From positions 496,001-560,000 of the forward strand of contig NW_026250421.1 of assembly GCF_024521635.1 (NCBI RefSeq): a DNA stretch of 64,000 nt, in the 5' to 3' direction. Shown here in pieces: positions 33,557-47,169 of this stretch. A program made the position numbers and the translations under genes. Numbering within the stretch: the first letter of the stretch is position 1; every line of letters starts with the position of its first letter. The DNA is from Tricharina praecox. Lineage: Eukaryota. A model generated the notes under the pieces. The model did not search any database, was not told the origin of the DNA, and was given only the letters and a program-made list of their open reading frames with translations.

Positions 33557-36500
33557 CTACTGGTAGACTTTTTGCTGCAATTGCTGCTGGTCGGGGTCGG
33601 GTCGGGGTCGGGGGGGGGGTATGTATTGTACATATTCCCCGTTTGTGAGTGAGTGATTGAGTGAGTGAGATTAACGTACTGTACGCAGAGTGCAGGTATC
33701 GTATGTATCGTATATTACCATCCCCTCACGTACTCGTACATACCCACATACATATGTGCACCATTCACGAATCACGACCGAATAGGTAGAGCGATATCTA
33801 TGGCCGCCCATCACTCCTGCCCAATCACTGCGGGGTAGGTGCAATACACCTCAACGTTCACATTCATACACGACCGCAGCGCTGCCAGTTGACGACGCGG
33901 AAACATTGGACGAACCGTTTTCCGTGGGTCATATATACGTGGCAGGCGTGGGATGGGCGGGGTCCCCAGGTCCGGACACTGCTGGCTCACAGCTGTCACC
34001 CGGTGCAGTGACCAGTTTAGGCGGGCGGGGGGAGGGTCCGTCACATCAATGCGCAGCCGGCGACCAGCCAGTGGCATCCGACGCCGCGAGATGATGTTTC
34101 TGAGGGTTATGTACCAAGCCGACTCCACGTTGGGGAAGAACCCACCTTTTTGCACTGCATCGCGCATCACGCATCAAGAGAGCGCGCGGTATGTGTCGTG
34201 TGCTCGTGTTCGACACCTTCGTTTCGTCCGATTTCCCGCATTGATCGGGCCTCATCTTTCATCTTTGACTACGGTATATCCCCGGTTCTAGCTCCGGACC
34301 GGCCCAAGCAGCCAGTGTCGTCGAGTGCCTCGAGATTCGCCACACCCTGCATTCGCTTCGTCCAGGCGAGGACGAGGACGACGAGGGGAGCACGATTGTT
34401 GGCTCGATTAACTGCGTCTTACAAGCCTGGAACATGTAGGTTGTCTGGAGACGAGAGGGAGAGGAGGGAGGGAGAGTCGAAACGGTCGGTCGGTGGGCGG
34501 GCGGCCATCGTCCGCGGGTAATCAATAATACGTATTGTACATACAACGCGGTGCGGAGTCGAGCCCGGGATTGAGCCCAGCACGTACGTCCACTCTAGAC
34601 CTTTGCATTCGGACTGGCAGGCGGGCAGATCGATCTTTCCGTGCAAACGCACCTTCCTGTGGGAAGACTGGAAGCGAGTGACACGTAGTGACCTTCCGCG
34701 GAGCTCCCCCACCATGCTAGCTACACAAGCATTCGCAACGCAACGGGCCACGGCGGCGGCGGCGATGTCACCTCCAAGGCCTCCTCCCCTCTTTTCTGCT
34801 TTCCCCTCCTCACCCCTCATCGTCACTGCCACTTCACCCTCTCTCTCTCTCTATCTATCTCGCTACATCCCGTACCGATAGAGTACTCTACTCATATGAT
34901 ATACATACTCTACAGGTGAGATGTCCATCGCGATCGAGCATTCCCTCCCACAATCGGTCGGTCGACGCCATTTCATCTATCTGCCAGCACCAAGCCACGC
35001 TACGTACCAATGTACAGTATTGTACAGCACTGAGCTGTCCCCTCCCCCCACTTCACCCACTTCACTCCCCCCACTTCACTCCACCCCGCCCCACCCCGCC
35101 CAACAAACTACACACCTACATACCGACCTACGGGGAGCAACGAAATTTGCCGGCGCGGTGGAGAGCGGTGGAGAGCGGTGGAGAGAGCTCCGCGTCATCG
35201 ACGCGGCGACGCCCCCAAAAAATGAATGCAGAACCGCGGATCGAAGCGAGCGAGCGAACGAGAAAAGTGTGCGTGCGTTGCGGAACTGCCTAGCGAGCGA
35301 GGGTAACTAGGGGACGGAGCGGGCAGGCAGGCAGGCAGGCAGGCGTCATTCCGCAGAGCTGTCAGTGACAGGCTATGTATGTAAGCTGTAAGATTCGCTT
35401 CGAGGTGCGGCACGGAGGAGGGCACGGGGTGGTAGGTTCAGGCCTCCCTTCGTGATAGAGGAGTGGGGGGGCGGGGCAGGAGGAGGGAGGGAGGAGGGGG
35501 GAGATCTTATCTTATCTCATCTTCTCCGCTCGGCGGGCGATCACCCCGCTCCGTGAGTTGGCTTGCTGGGTCGGTGGGGCGGGGGCGTGCGCATTGCAGG
35601 CAGGACGAAGGTTGGATCATGGCGGTAACGAACTGACGCCGCCGCCGCCGCCGCCCTGCGGCTCGGCAGTCGTCTACTACGTACTATGGTAACGCCGCCC
35701 GCCCGCCCAGCCATATTGAAATAGTAGCAGCCGTGGTCCGAGCCAAGGTCGGTTGTCCATGTGCTCCCTAACTACCGGTACCTACCGGGGACGACTCGCC
35801 AACGGTCATTCTTGAAAGTTGCAATTGTTTCGCCCGGCGAGCCCTGTTTTGAATCACGGAGTAATGCTTCTTTCGCCACAAACATGACGGTACTATTCGG
35901 CCCTACCTTCGGCATTCCTTCCAGATCTGTGCATAGTATACATGCAGCGCCGTCCGCAACAGCTGAGCCCGCTGTGCTCATGATTCATCCCCCAAGTTCC
36001 AACATCTACATACTTGGTATCTCCCCCGACTACGTGCTCTGCCTAGGCCATGATGCAATCTCGCTCCGGATCCGCACCCTACAACCCTACACGCCGATCA
36101 TCCATCCCCACGACTCCACGACTCCACAGCACAAGGTTGAAGACACCGAACCAATGAGCAAAAACTCAAAACACAGGATCCATCATCCCATCATCCCATC
36201 GTCCCACGACCCTCGATGCCGAGTAGCCGCGGGGCCGCGTACCGGTATCCGCGTACTGGTATCCGCGCGCCGACGGAAGGACAAGCGGTCGTTGTTCAAA
36301 GCTCGAAGCCTCCGAGCGAGATGTCGAGAGATCTCGCGGGAGCTGGGCAGGAGCAAGAGCAAGAGCGGGAACAGGATTGAATGGTCGTCTTCGTCTCCTT
36401 CCTTTCTGCACCCACAACTTAACACAACACAACACAACAATAACAACGATGTTAACAACGACAATAATCCCGTGATCCCGTGATCGCAAGTACATACTTC

Positions 36501-36719
36501 CCCGACCACCACACCACACCATCCTCACCCCACCCCAACCAGACCACGACCACGATACACTCACATCATCCTGCATTCACACGACCAATGTGACCCTCCA
36601 ACAGTCAACTTCCAAGTCCCCACCCACGCGGCGCGGAGTTCGCAGTGGGGCACACACACACCCACCCACTGCCCACCACCCATGGAGAGCCCACCACTCA
36701 GTGCCCAGTGATCACGACC

Positions 36720-36798
36720 GTTGCACTCTATGTAAGTTGAACTCTTGCACTCTATGTAAGTTGCACTCTTGCACTCCAAGTTGCACTTCTTGCACTCC
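36720..36798. repeat. Degenerate tandem repeat (TTGCACTCTATGTAAGTTGMACTC units)
   Basis: Two 24-bp units plus partial TTGCACT copies. Confidence 0.7.
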
Positions 36799-37575
36799 AC
36801 TCCCACTCGACTCTACTCGACTCCGCATCGTCATAATTAACCACACCCTCATTCTCGAAAGCAAAAAAAAACAAAAAACAAGATGCAGGGCAATCCAGAT
36901 CCACATCCACATCCACATCCACATCCACACATCGGAAAGAAAAAAGTTTACGGAGCGTCGGAGCGAGAGATCACACGGTCACTGTCAGGATATCTATCAG
37001 GATACCGATAGAAAACGAGAAGAAACAGAGGAGATAGGTAGAAAGGTAGAACAGAACATCTGCTGGAGAGTCGGAAGAATAGTTATTGTCATTCCAGCTA
37101 CTTAATGTAAATAGTAAGATAGACGATACTATTGTACTGTAATAACTGCAGTACGGTATACTGCTCGGTCGGTCGGTCAGTAAGTAAAAAGATATCCAAC
37201 TCCTATCCACTATCCAGTGTCCCCCCTCCAACACACACACACACACACACACACACACATTCCATCCATAAACCATAACCCCCTCCCCCAAAAGTCCCAA
37301 AGTCCCGTATCCACCGTTAATATCGTATCGTATTATCGAGCAAAGCCGTTCCCCATTCCCCGTCGAGTTCATTCTTCATTCTCATTCATGCCCGCCCGAT
37401 AATCCCGTTTCCTCCCATCCCACCATCCCGTCCCGAGCCAAAACCACAACCAACCCCAACCCCAACCAAACCCCGACCCCGACCCCAACAATCGTAGAAA
37501 ACAAACAAAATGTACGCAAAGAAAGAAAAGACAAGACAAATGAAAGGTATCCAAAAGAGTGTAAGATGTACTCTG

Positions 37576-37579
37576 CCCC

Positions 37580-37636
<57 letters not shown>
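37576..37636. repeat. Adjacent homopolymers C25 and A36
   Basis: Direct reading. Confidence 0.9.
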
Positions 37637-37638
<2 letters not shown>

Positions 37639-38285
37639 GCGTGCCGCAGTGATCAAGTCAAGACCAGGGATTCTACCCCCCGTTCGACGACGACACGACA
37701 GACGCAGTTTCTTTTTCTTTTTCGCATAAGGAGCAGAGTAGAGTAGAGTTAGAAAGCCAAAGCCGTTCGAAGAATTCTTGTCATCGAATTTTGTTTACCA
37801 GTCGCCGAAATCTCTTTCGTTGACCAAAAAACAGACCGACAAAAACAAGTGGTAGCAGGAATATGTACGCCCGTAAACAGAACAGGTGAAATCAAAAATA
37901 AAAACACACATCCGCCGACCGAACCGACCCGAGCCGCCCCCAGAAGTACCCATTTCGCCGACAAAGGAAAAGATAGAAAAAATAAAAGATAGGAAAAAGG
38001 AAAAGGGAGAGGTACATAGCAAAATATTTCCACGAGGATATACCTAATAGAAGCGAACAAGAGAATACACCACAACCTGTGGCGCACACCGTAGATGTAA
38101 ATAGATAGCCGCCCGTCCGTCCGAATAGATAGTAGAGTCACACCGACCGACCAGGCTGAGAGAACCGATGACTCCTTTCACACACACACCCGCAAGGAGA
38201 CACGAAGAAGGAAAGAAAGAAAAATATGTATAAGAACAGCCGCCTCTCTCTTTTTCTGGTTGGTGGTTGTGAGATCCTCAAACCC

Positions 38286-40025
38286 TTACAACCCGGCACC
38301 ACTCATCGTTGCTCGGCGGCCATAGGCGCTTGGGCGGTACGAGTAGTCGTTTGCGCTGGGCTTGCGGCTGCCGTGTTCCAACGCACCATAACGCAACTGG
38401 TTGTGGACTTCTTGCTGTCTCTGCTGAACGTATCGGTATGCTACACTACACTCAATATTTTCCTTCTTAGATTTGGAGCCGGATCTGTGAGTCCCACCGT
38501 TCAACTGCAACTTGACGGGGATTCCCGCAGGATATCTCATCGTGAAGGTCTCCCCATCTTGGTCGGGCATGGTCATCTGGACCTGCTCGTCGTAGTGGTA
38601 AGAACCGCCCGACATGGTACCGGGCTCCCGACGGGTAAGCTGACCGTGGCTGTTGCTAGGGCTGTGGCTGTAGTAGTAGTCGGAGTGCGACCGAGAGTGG
38701 CTTCGCACCGGTGGTTCATCCGAGATGGCGCACGACTCCATAGCGCGAGACAACGCCGAAGGGCCGAGTCTGCCGGACAACTGACCGGCTACACCCTGCG
38801 AATGGCTGCTTTCGCGGCGTCGCGGCTGGGGACCGGGGGTGGTTGTTTTCCGGCGACTGGACTCGGCGGCGGCGGCGGCGACGTTGCCACCAGGAGGGAC
38901 AGACATGCTACGGTCGAATCCATCAAAGTCACGGTACGGTGCCGACGCCCATGAAGTCGGACGATCGCCGCTGAGACGGCTAGGTCGCCGCTGAGGGGGT
39001 GAGTATTCTTCACCCTCCGGGTGTGCCGATTGCTTGACGCTGTTACGGCGTTTTGTGGTGTTGCCCGAGAGCAACGCCGGCGGAGGCGGCATCGAACCGT
39101 AGTCGTACGACGACGAATTGGGATTTACCGGCACTCGGTCCCACGAATCGTGACCGTACGAGCTACCGTACGGTGGGATGGGCGGAGGACCGTATGGCGA
39201 ATACGCCGAGGGATCCGAAGACCCGAGCGACGTGTTCAGAGGGGGCGGAGCGTATGCCGAGAAAGCTGTGGGAGGACAGGTCGAGGACGGGATCGGTGCC
39301 GAGACCGGAGACGAGGAATAGTACCCTGGGTATCCTGATGGGACGGTGTACGATGAAGCAGTGGCGCCACTGAAGCCTGAGGATGGGCGTGCGGGAGAGA
39401 TAGGGATGGACGACCTCTTCCTCTCAGGCTCCCTACCGTAAGTACCGTCGAAGCTAGGATCATCGTATCTCGACGTCTGAGGATAATGGTAGCTTCCCTG
39501 CCACGACGGCGACTGGCTGTACGATCCGTTGTACGATCCGCTCAGCGCACTCGGCGACGAAGGCGACGCCTTCGATGTGGTAGATGTGTCCCTTTTGCAA
39601 TCGGCACAGTCACACTCATCAGCACCGCCGGTCGATGGCATGGTCGGCGATCTCTCTCGAGGCTTTGCGCCGGGGATATTCCGTGGGACAGCCGGGGATG
39701 AGGTGCGGTTGTAAGCCTTGCTGCTTGGCCTCTGGATTCCGGGTGTCGAAGCTCGCTTGAAGGCATCTTTTCGTCCGCCGGGACCGGGCGTGGTACTTGT
39801 TGGGGCCGGGGTAGCGGATGTGGGAGGTGGAGGGGTCTCGTTGTTTGGGGTGTTTGTCGACGAGTAACCGGAATCCGAAACGCCGTCGTAGCTCGAGCTC
39901 ATTTCTTGCGAAAGACTGGATTTCCCGCGATGGTGTTGTCGACGTGCTATCGGAATGACTTCCGATATTACCGAGTCGTAATCCTCGACATATGGTTGAT
40001 AGCTTTCCGCGGCCGGCGACGACAT
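38286..40025 (-). CDS. Hypothetical Ser/Pro/Tyr-rich, largely disordered protein, 579 aa
   Basis: Single long ORF with ATG in ACCATG context. Short motifs YQPYVEDYDS, DSGYSS and CDCADC. No globular domain recognised. Confidence 0.8.
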   Translation of the reverse strand: MSSPAAESYQPYVEDYDSVISEVIPIARRQHHRGKSSLSQEMSSSYDGVSDSGYSSTNTPNNETPPPPTSATPAPTSTTPGPGGRKDAFKRASTPGIQRPSSKAYNRTSSPAVPRNIPGAKPRERSPTMPSTGGADECDCADCKRDTSTTSKASPSSPSALSGSYNGSYSQSPSWQGSYHYPQTSRYDDPSFDGTYGREPERKRSSIPISPARPSSGFSGATASSYTVPSGYPGYYSSSPVSAPIPSSTCPPTAFSAYAPPPLNTSLGSSDPSAYSPYGPPPIPPYGSSYGHDSWDRVPVNPNSSSYDYGSMPPPPALLSGNTTKRRNSVKQSAHPEGEEYSPPQRRPSRLSGDRPTSWASAPYRDFDGFDRSMSVPPGGNVAAAAAESSRRKTTTPGPQPRRRESSHSQGVAGQLSGRLGPSALSRAMESCAISDEPPVRSHSRSHSDYYYSHSPSNSHGQLTRREPGTMSGGSYHYDEQVQMTMPDQDGETFTMRYPAGIPVKLQLNGGTHRSGSKSKKENIECSVAYRYVQQRQQEVHNQLRYGALEHGSRKPSANDYSYRPSAYGRRATMSGAGL

Positions 40026-41114
40026 GGTGTTGATGTGGTGCGATGAGAGATATGTGGTGTTTTGGGTGCTATGGATTTAGGGCTTATCGGTTGGGGATGA
40101 GGAAACGAATCTTGATAGGCGCTGCTGTGGGGGCGTTTCGACAAACAGATTGGATTTTTTTTCTCTTTCTTTTCTTTTTCGAAGTGGGCAGCAAAGCAAA
40201 GTCGAAAGGATTGCTTGCTTTCGGGCAGATGTTTCCAAAAGGCGTATATGGGTTATGTCGGGTCCGAATGCTGTTCTACCGATGGGATGAAGGAGTCAGT
40301 TCGGAGCTACGATGATGGAAGTCTGTCGTGGTGGTTGATGTTGATGTTGATGATGTTGTTGGTATTGTTTGTATTGTTGTCGGGGTATTTCAAGTTGGCG
40401 GGAGTGTGGAGGGGATATGTGGGAGGTGAGGGGAAGCGCAAGTCTTATAACGGCGACGACGGAAGCTGCAAGCTGCAGCAGGTGGGGATAAAATTGGGGG
40501 GAGGATGTGAGGAGGAGGACGAGGGTGGATGGGTGGGTGGGTGGGTGGGTGGGTTCTGCAGTGGGAGGGACTGACGAAAGGTGAAAGGCAGTTAATCAGA
40601 CCAACTAACTCGTAGTGGACGACCACGCTAGGTAGCCCGATGCTTGCAAGGGGAGGTCAAAGACGGGGGGGGGAGGGTTGTGATTCGAGTGCAGTCCGAT
40701 GAAGAATCTCTCTATCTCGTCTCTCAAACGAAGAGGACAAGACGGGGAAAACGGAGCTACTGGTCGCTTGCTGCTATGGATGTGCTGCGAGCGACGGTTC
40801 GGAGCCGGAGATGGGGATTGTGGGGAGCTGGTAGGCGGGCGTGTTGATGGATGCGCCGGCTGGATGGTGGGGATTTTAGTAGGTGAGTCTGGGGTATCGA
40901 TTATGACGGGCAGGGTGAATGGGGGAGCGAGAATCCGGGGAGGTGCGGGTATATAAAGAAAGAAAAGCAAGAAAAAGGCGGCGGCAGTCGATTGGGGGCG
41001 GGTGGGCACAGAGAGGGGATGTGGGTAGGACTCTGCAGAAGCTGTGTTTTTTTGTTGTTGTGGTGGTTGTGATGATTGTTGTGGTGATTGTTGTGGTGTC
41101 ACAAAGCTTGCGGT

Positions 41115-41115
41115 T

Positions 41116-41150
<35 letters not shown>

Positions 41151-41165
41151 CATATTATTTATTTT
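41115..41165. repeat. (TTTA)n microsatellite
   Basis: Direct reading. Confidence 0.85.
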
Positions 41166-42247
41166 TGGCCGGTGGGCCATGGAGGAGATCCGGAGGATTG
41201 ATTGTGTGGCCTGGGTAGGGGGAAACAAAACATCCAGTCGATAGGAGAGATATCTCAACGCCCGTATCGTATCGCATGGTACCGGTGTCTCTCCCTCTCC
41301 CTCCGTCTCTCGCGCACACACCACCACCACTACCACCACTCCCGAAGAATTGCCATAGCACAGGAGAGAATGGCATACATGTAACATAGGTGAGTGCTTG
41401 CTTAGGTACTCTACCTACGAGACACTGGCCGCCTATACTGTAGAGTACGTGCCCTGCTCCACAGCACCTCGGGAGTCGGTCACGCCATGGCGCCGTGTGT
41501 CCGTCTGTCCGTCCGACCGTCTGCTGCTACTGCTGCTTGCTGCTCGCCTCAAGAAACCTGCGACCCGGGAAACTACTCTACGTACGGGCAGTCAGCGATG
41601 GCGAGACACAATGACGGGATCCTACTCGCCCGCCTCGTCTGCGACGATGATGCTACGGCCACCGCCGCCGCCGATGATGATGATGATGATGATGATGCTG
41701 ATGATGTGTGGGGGGGGGGGGTGGTGTGTGTTGTTTCTCCGCTAGGTCATAACTTACTAGCCATGGCGTGGACTGGGACTTGGATCGGACCGGACAGGGA
41801 CAGGGACAGAGACCGACTGGGACATGGCTTGTTCCACGCTGATGCGACGTCGGTGCGACATGCTTCGGATCTTCCCTTAGCTAGAGTAGACTTGTCGAGA
41901 GGTCTCCGACTCTCCGTATGATATGTACTACTAGTACAAAGAGTAGAGAGAGTCCCTCCCCCCGCACAACCCCGGTAGTTACGGACGGCCACCCAATCAA
42001 CGCCCCAATCGCCGACCGGCCGGCCAAGCATCTCTCAACCGCGTGCTCGCCTCTTCCTCTTCCTCTTCCTCGTCCTCTTCCTCTTCCACTTGCACTCCTC
42101 TCGCACTTCTCGTCTCGTTTTCGTGGGGCTTGAAGTATGATACCCAATGCTGCAGACGGGGACGCGAATCTTCTCTGTCGAATCGCCCGAACAGAACAGA
42201 ACACCAATGGATGGATGGATGGTGCCACCGAATCGATATTGCCATTG

Positions 42248-42307
42248 CACCACCACCACCACCACCACCACCACCACCACCACCACCACCACGACAACCA
42301 CCACCAC
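42248..42307. repeat. (CAC)n microsatellite
   Basis: Direct reading; it explains the poly-H/P/T/V/G/W spurious ORFs here. Confidence 0.9.
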
Positions 42308-44617
42308 AAGCATCACACAAACCCACCATCCAACCAACAGACTGATTCCTTTTCGGCATGCCATTCCCTCCAGTCCCTCCACTGGAGCCAATGTCTGTCT
42401 GTCTGTCGCGGTCTGTCGGCCGGTGCAATGGCTGAAGGGAGTGACATCGGACACGACACGACAGTGAGTCCAAAGAAAAGAAAAGAAAAGGAAAAAAAAC
42501 TTGTGACCTCTTTCTCCCGTTCCCGTTGGCCAGGAATTCAGCAGAGTAGAGCACCTAGAGTAGAGCAGAGCATGAACTGACCGACCAGACGGACCAACCT
42601 GATTCCCAGTGTCCAATGTCCAATGTCCAATGTCCATCTGTTCGCACCACGCCAACCTGCCAACCTGCTTGCCTGCCTGCTTGCGCTGCGCCGCGCAACG
42701 TCGGATCCCCGCCGCCGCATGAAGGGCGTGGGAACGGAACGAGAGTGGACTCTGGAGGAGCAAGTACATATATCCAAAGAAAGAAAGAGGACAGGGCAGA
42801 CGCCGGGCAGTCATGTAAGTATAGGTAGCTGCCCTCGTTGCTGCTGCTGCTGCTGCTGTGTCGCCTTCTCCATACCTGTATTCTTGCTTTGTCACTCCAC
42901 GCCCCTTCCCCCCAAAAGGAAACGAGGGTTCTTGCTTGCTTGCTTGCTGCACTGGATCTGGCAGCATATGTAGAATACCTAGACAGGTGAGGTGAAGTGA
43001 GTGCACAAGAGTGTGCGGAACATATGTAAGCACCCTACGCAGGCAAGCAAAGCAATACATAACTCCAATAACTCAGTGACTTCAATACGGTACATATCGG
43101 TGCACATCGTCGGTCGGCCATTCAGATCCACACGGCCGGCCCGTCAGCGCGAGAGGGACGAGACGAGACGCGAGGGCGTCCTTACTTACGCAGCGCGAGG
43201 GTGATCCTACATACGTCCTTCTCGCTGCTACATCCCTAAAGACTGTCGACGTGGCAAGCGTCCGTTGGGAATAGGTATCCAGGTAGTGGGTTGGGTGAGT
43301 TGGGTGGGAGACGTCTCCCGGAATGGTATGGTAGGTATGGTATGGGCTAACTGAGTCGTGGTTATATATGGTCTCGGATGCGTGAGGAACCATTTCTCTC
43401 CAGGCTCCAGAGAGGAGCTCACTTGGGACTGGACGGTGGACGGACGGTGATCAGCTTCAACCGCCGTACACCACTGGCACCTCCACCACCACCACACGTC
43501 TTGGTCAGCATGACCTTCCCTTCCCTTCGCTGCAGATGGAAAATCCTTACCTTACATACCCCATAATCCACTGCCCCAGACAAGACTAGACAAGACCACC
43601 ATAGTTACGGGATCCGCGGCTGGCGATATGTAGAATACAGTACAGAGTGGTAACCACCCTCCTACCTTCCTACCCAGAAGGGATCAGTTGCTTGCTTGTC
43701 GTGCCTGTCTTGCCTGTCGTGCCTGCCTGTCGTGCTTGTCGTGCGTGTGCTACCGTAGAGTATCATACCTAGAGTAGTTGCGATGTCGGAATCCGTCGTC
43801 GCTACTCGCACTGCAGAGCAGCTCCTTTTGGCGCTGATCTGTGACAGATGGAGTACTAGTACGTAGATGGGGATTTCCACGCTCGAACCGTCGACTCGTC
43901 CGTCGCCGCGCAAGCAAACAAGTGCCAGACATCCAGACATCTCCGCGAGAATCGATAGGTAGCAAGAATCAGCAAAACGTCGGTTGAAGTTCCCCCCCCC
44001 CCCCCCCCCCCCCCCCGCGCCGCTCCAGATCCGTTGTGTGTGTCCGTGGTTCGTCCTAGCTTAGTTATCTAGGGACCTATCCACCAAGGTCCTGCCTGTC
44101 TGCCTGTTCCAACTTCCCCACGATTTGTTTCTTATCGATCAAGCCAAGCTCAGGCTCGGATTGGATTGGCGTAGTTTGGTTTGAACTTATAATTTTGCAG
44201 TCCGTGCACCCTCGTTCGTAGTCATCCCCGTGCCGATGTCATTCGGTCCGGAAGCTGGGTAATATGGAGAAAGAGGTGGGTACATAGAGTAGGTAGGCCC
44301 GTCGGTGTTCGGATAAGAAGAGGTCAGAAGACCAGTTTCTCACTGTTCAGTTCTCACTGCTCAGCGGAGAAGTCGATTCTCTTCCGGCGATGTCCGGTGA
44401 AGTCCGGAATTCGCTGGTGGAGGTGGGTCTTGACCTTGGAGGCTTGGGTAGGTGGTTGTTGGAACTTGGGGATGGACTGAACTCTTCATGGAGGGGAGCG
44501 AGCAAACATCGCGCTACAGACATGCCGTACCAGAGTATCGTGCTGGCTAGTATAGTAGGACCTAGTACACACAGCTACCGCGCCATCATGGAGCACGTTT
44601 CTCCACGATCCACGGTC

Positions 44618-44846
44618 CACCTCCACCTCCACCTCCACCTCCACCTCCACCTCCACCTCCACCTTCCGCCTCTTGAGCTACTCTAGCTGGCGAGACTCGA
44701 GGGGCGAGAGCTCGCTATCCGTATCCGTCCTCTGTCCGTGCGTGGTCGGTCAGTCGGCCGGCGGCTCGAGAAGGTTTCGCTCGTTCGTTTCGCTCGTTCG
44801 TTTCGCTCGTTCGTTTCGCTCGTTCGTTTCGCTCGTTCGTTTCGTT
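44618..44846. repeat. (CCACCT)n tract and a (TTCG/CTCG)-based compound repeat
   Basis: ccacct repeats at 44618-44664 and gtttcgctcgttc-type repeats at 44774-44846. Confidence 0.8.
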
Positions 44847-45758
44847 TGCATCGTTCCGCCTCAAAACGACCGCCCCCATCCCGTCCCCATCCCCATCCCC
44901 CCCACACGCGACCCCCCCTCCCTCGCTCGCTCCCTTGTCAGCGCCAGCGGGGCAGGGTACGGCATAGAGATGCCGCAAACGGACGGCGACCAGCCCAAAC
45001 GGACTGCCACCAACCAAACGCATGACCAACCCTTGGCCCACGCCCACGCCCACGCCCACGCCCCACGCATCCGCGCGTGTTTGCCTTTTTCCGTTCTTTC
45101 CTTCCTTCGAGAAGCTTGGGAACCCTTCTAGCTGGCTATGGGCTGGCTGGCTGGTTGATTGGCTGGCTGGCTGGTTGATTGGCTGGCTGGCTGGCTGGCT
45201 GGCTGGCTGCTAGCTGACTGGCTGACTGGATGCTGGACAGCCCCGTTTGGTTTGTCTCGTGAGCTAGCCGCCGCGGTGGATGCAAGGCACCGCACATATG
45301 TATGCATGTAGTTCCTTACGTACTCCACCGCGAAGTCGCCACCCATCCCAACCCAGCCCATTGAGCCCAGCCCAGCCTTCCCGTTTCCCTTTCCGTCCAT
45401 GAATCCGTGATGTTGATGCAGTCGCAGACTCGCAGACTCGCAGCCAGCCAACAAACAGAGCGAGCGGGTAAACTCGGCTGGCCCACCCCCTAGGCCCATC
45501 CTGAACCGTGAACGTCGCCGTGAAGTGTGTAGGGTAACCTGGGCAGCGTTTCGGCTCCCAGATTCTAACACACCAGTGCAGGGATCGAGGGGGGGCCGGG
45601 GGGGGAGTTCCGAATTGCCGGTCAGTCAGTCGGGCGGTCGGTCGGGCGGTCGGCAGGGAGGGAGGGATGGAGGGGGGATGGGGGGAGGGAGGGCGGTCGA
45701 TCGCCTCAAAAACGAAAGGTTTATGTAACCAAGGGACTGCCCTGAACTGAACTTTGAA

Positions 45759-45802
45759 GTGGGTAACGGGTGGGTAACGGGTGGGTAACGGGTGGGTAAC
45801 GG
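45759..45802. repeat. 11-bp tandem repeat (GTGGGTAACGG)x4
   Basis: Direct reading. Confidence 0.85.
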
Positions 45803-47081
45803 ATCGTGTCCCCGCGGAGCTGGACACTCCAGCACTCCACAGCCGCTCAAGCAGTCGCTGGCCGTGATTGATGATACATCCTGATTCCTCACCGGACCTA
45901 TCCCATACTATTCGCATACCTACGGTACCTAGGTCCTAGGTATTCTAGGTATATCCCCCATGCGTCCGCAAACGGTATGTAGCAGCGTTGGGATGGGGGG
46001 ATGAGATGAGTTGAGAATGGAATGAGATGGCATGATTGGACCTGTGCAGGTCTGTACCTGAAGGATGTAGGTAGGTCTGTACCGTCTGTACCTGAAGGAT
46101 ATAGGGTGTCTGTACCGTGTCTGTAACCACCTAACTGACACTGCCAAAACGTATGTCTGTATGTATCTGCATACATGATACCCGCAACAGACAGCTGTAT
46201 CTGTGGTTGCCGGGCATCCGACTGCACTGTACGCATGGTGTAGCTGTACCTGTAACCAGGGGGGCTGTCGAGACTCGAGAGTCGGGGCTCCAGCGTGCGA
46301 TTGCCAGTGTCAGTGCCAGTGCCAGTCAGTGCCAGCTTGCGATTGCCAGTGTCAGTCAGTGCCAGCTTGCGATTGCCAGTGTCAGTGCCAGCCAGTATCG
46401 GCGGCATGTGGAGGCGAGCGAGATCGCGGAGGTCCACTCCAGCCGGCCGCCGTCCAACACGCAAGTCCGCGGGTTTGCGGTTTACATGACCACCCACCGG
46501 CGACAGGCGGATCATTACCATTGCTGCCCATCGCGATACGATGCAGTGTGGGCGGCTTGCGGCCTGCGGCCAGCCGTCAAGTTGTCTGTCTGTCTGTTTG
46601 TTTGTTTGTTTGTTTGTTTGGGCCGGAGTAGTCAATCTCACTACACATACAAACCACACCAACCTGCACCCGTACCTGTACCCGTACTGGGCGGGGCGGG
46701 GTGGGGTGGGGTTCACCGAAGCCGGGCGTGGGGTGGATGTACTGATGGTTAGGCCGTGAATGGGATGTGCTGTGGATGGATGAGATAGACTAACTACCAG
46801 ATAGATGCCCACGCGCGATCTCGATAGCATGCATAATCTCGGCCGCCGCGGTTCGCGACGAGCGAGCGACGCGAGACTCCCATTGCGGCGCCGCGCAGCA
46901 GCGCAGCAGCGCAGCAGTGCAGCAGTGTGAACCCGAAGACAAAGAAGAAGACAAAGAAGAAGAAAAAGAAGAAAGAAAAAAGTTGAATGCAACTGCAGGC
47001 GGGCGGACAGGCGCATCGGATAGCTGGGTTTGGATGGGATGGCTTTGGCTTTGGCATCAATTGGCTTTTGTTGAGGAGGAC

Positions 47082-47169
47082 GGGGGGACGGGGGGACGGG
47101 GGGACGGGGGGACGGGGGGACGGGGGGACGGGGGGACGGAGGACGGGGGGACGGGGGACGGGGGGACGG
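47082..47169 (+). repeat. (G5-6AC)n G-run tandem repeat
   Basis: Direct reading: ggggggacggggggacgg... Confidence 0.9.

Noticed and set aside
45759..45802. GGGTAA-containing repeat as an interstitial telomere or Reb1 site array
   Set aside because: The unit is 11 bp and matches neither TTAGGG arrays nor the full CCGGGTAA motif.
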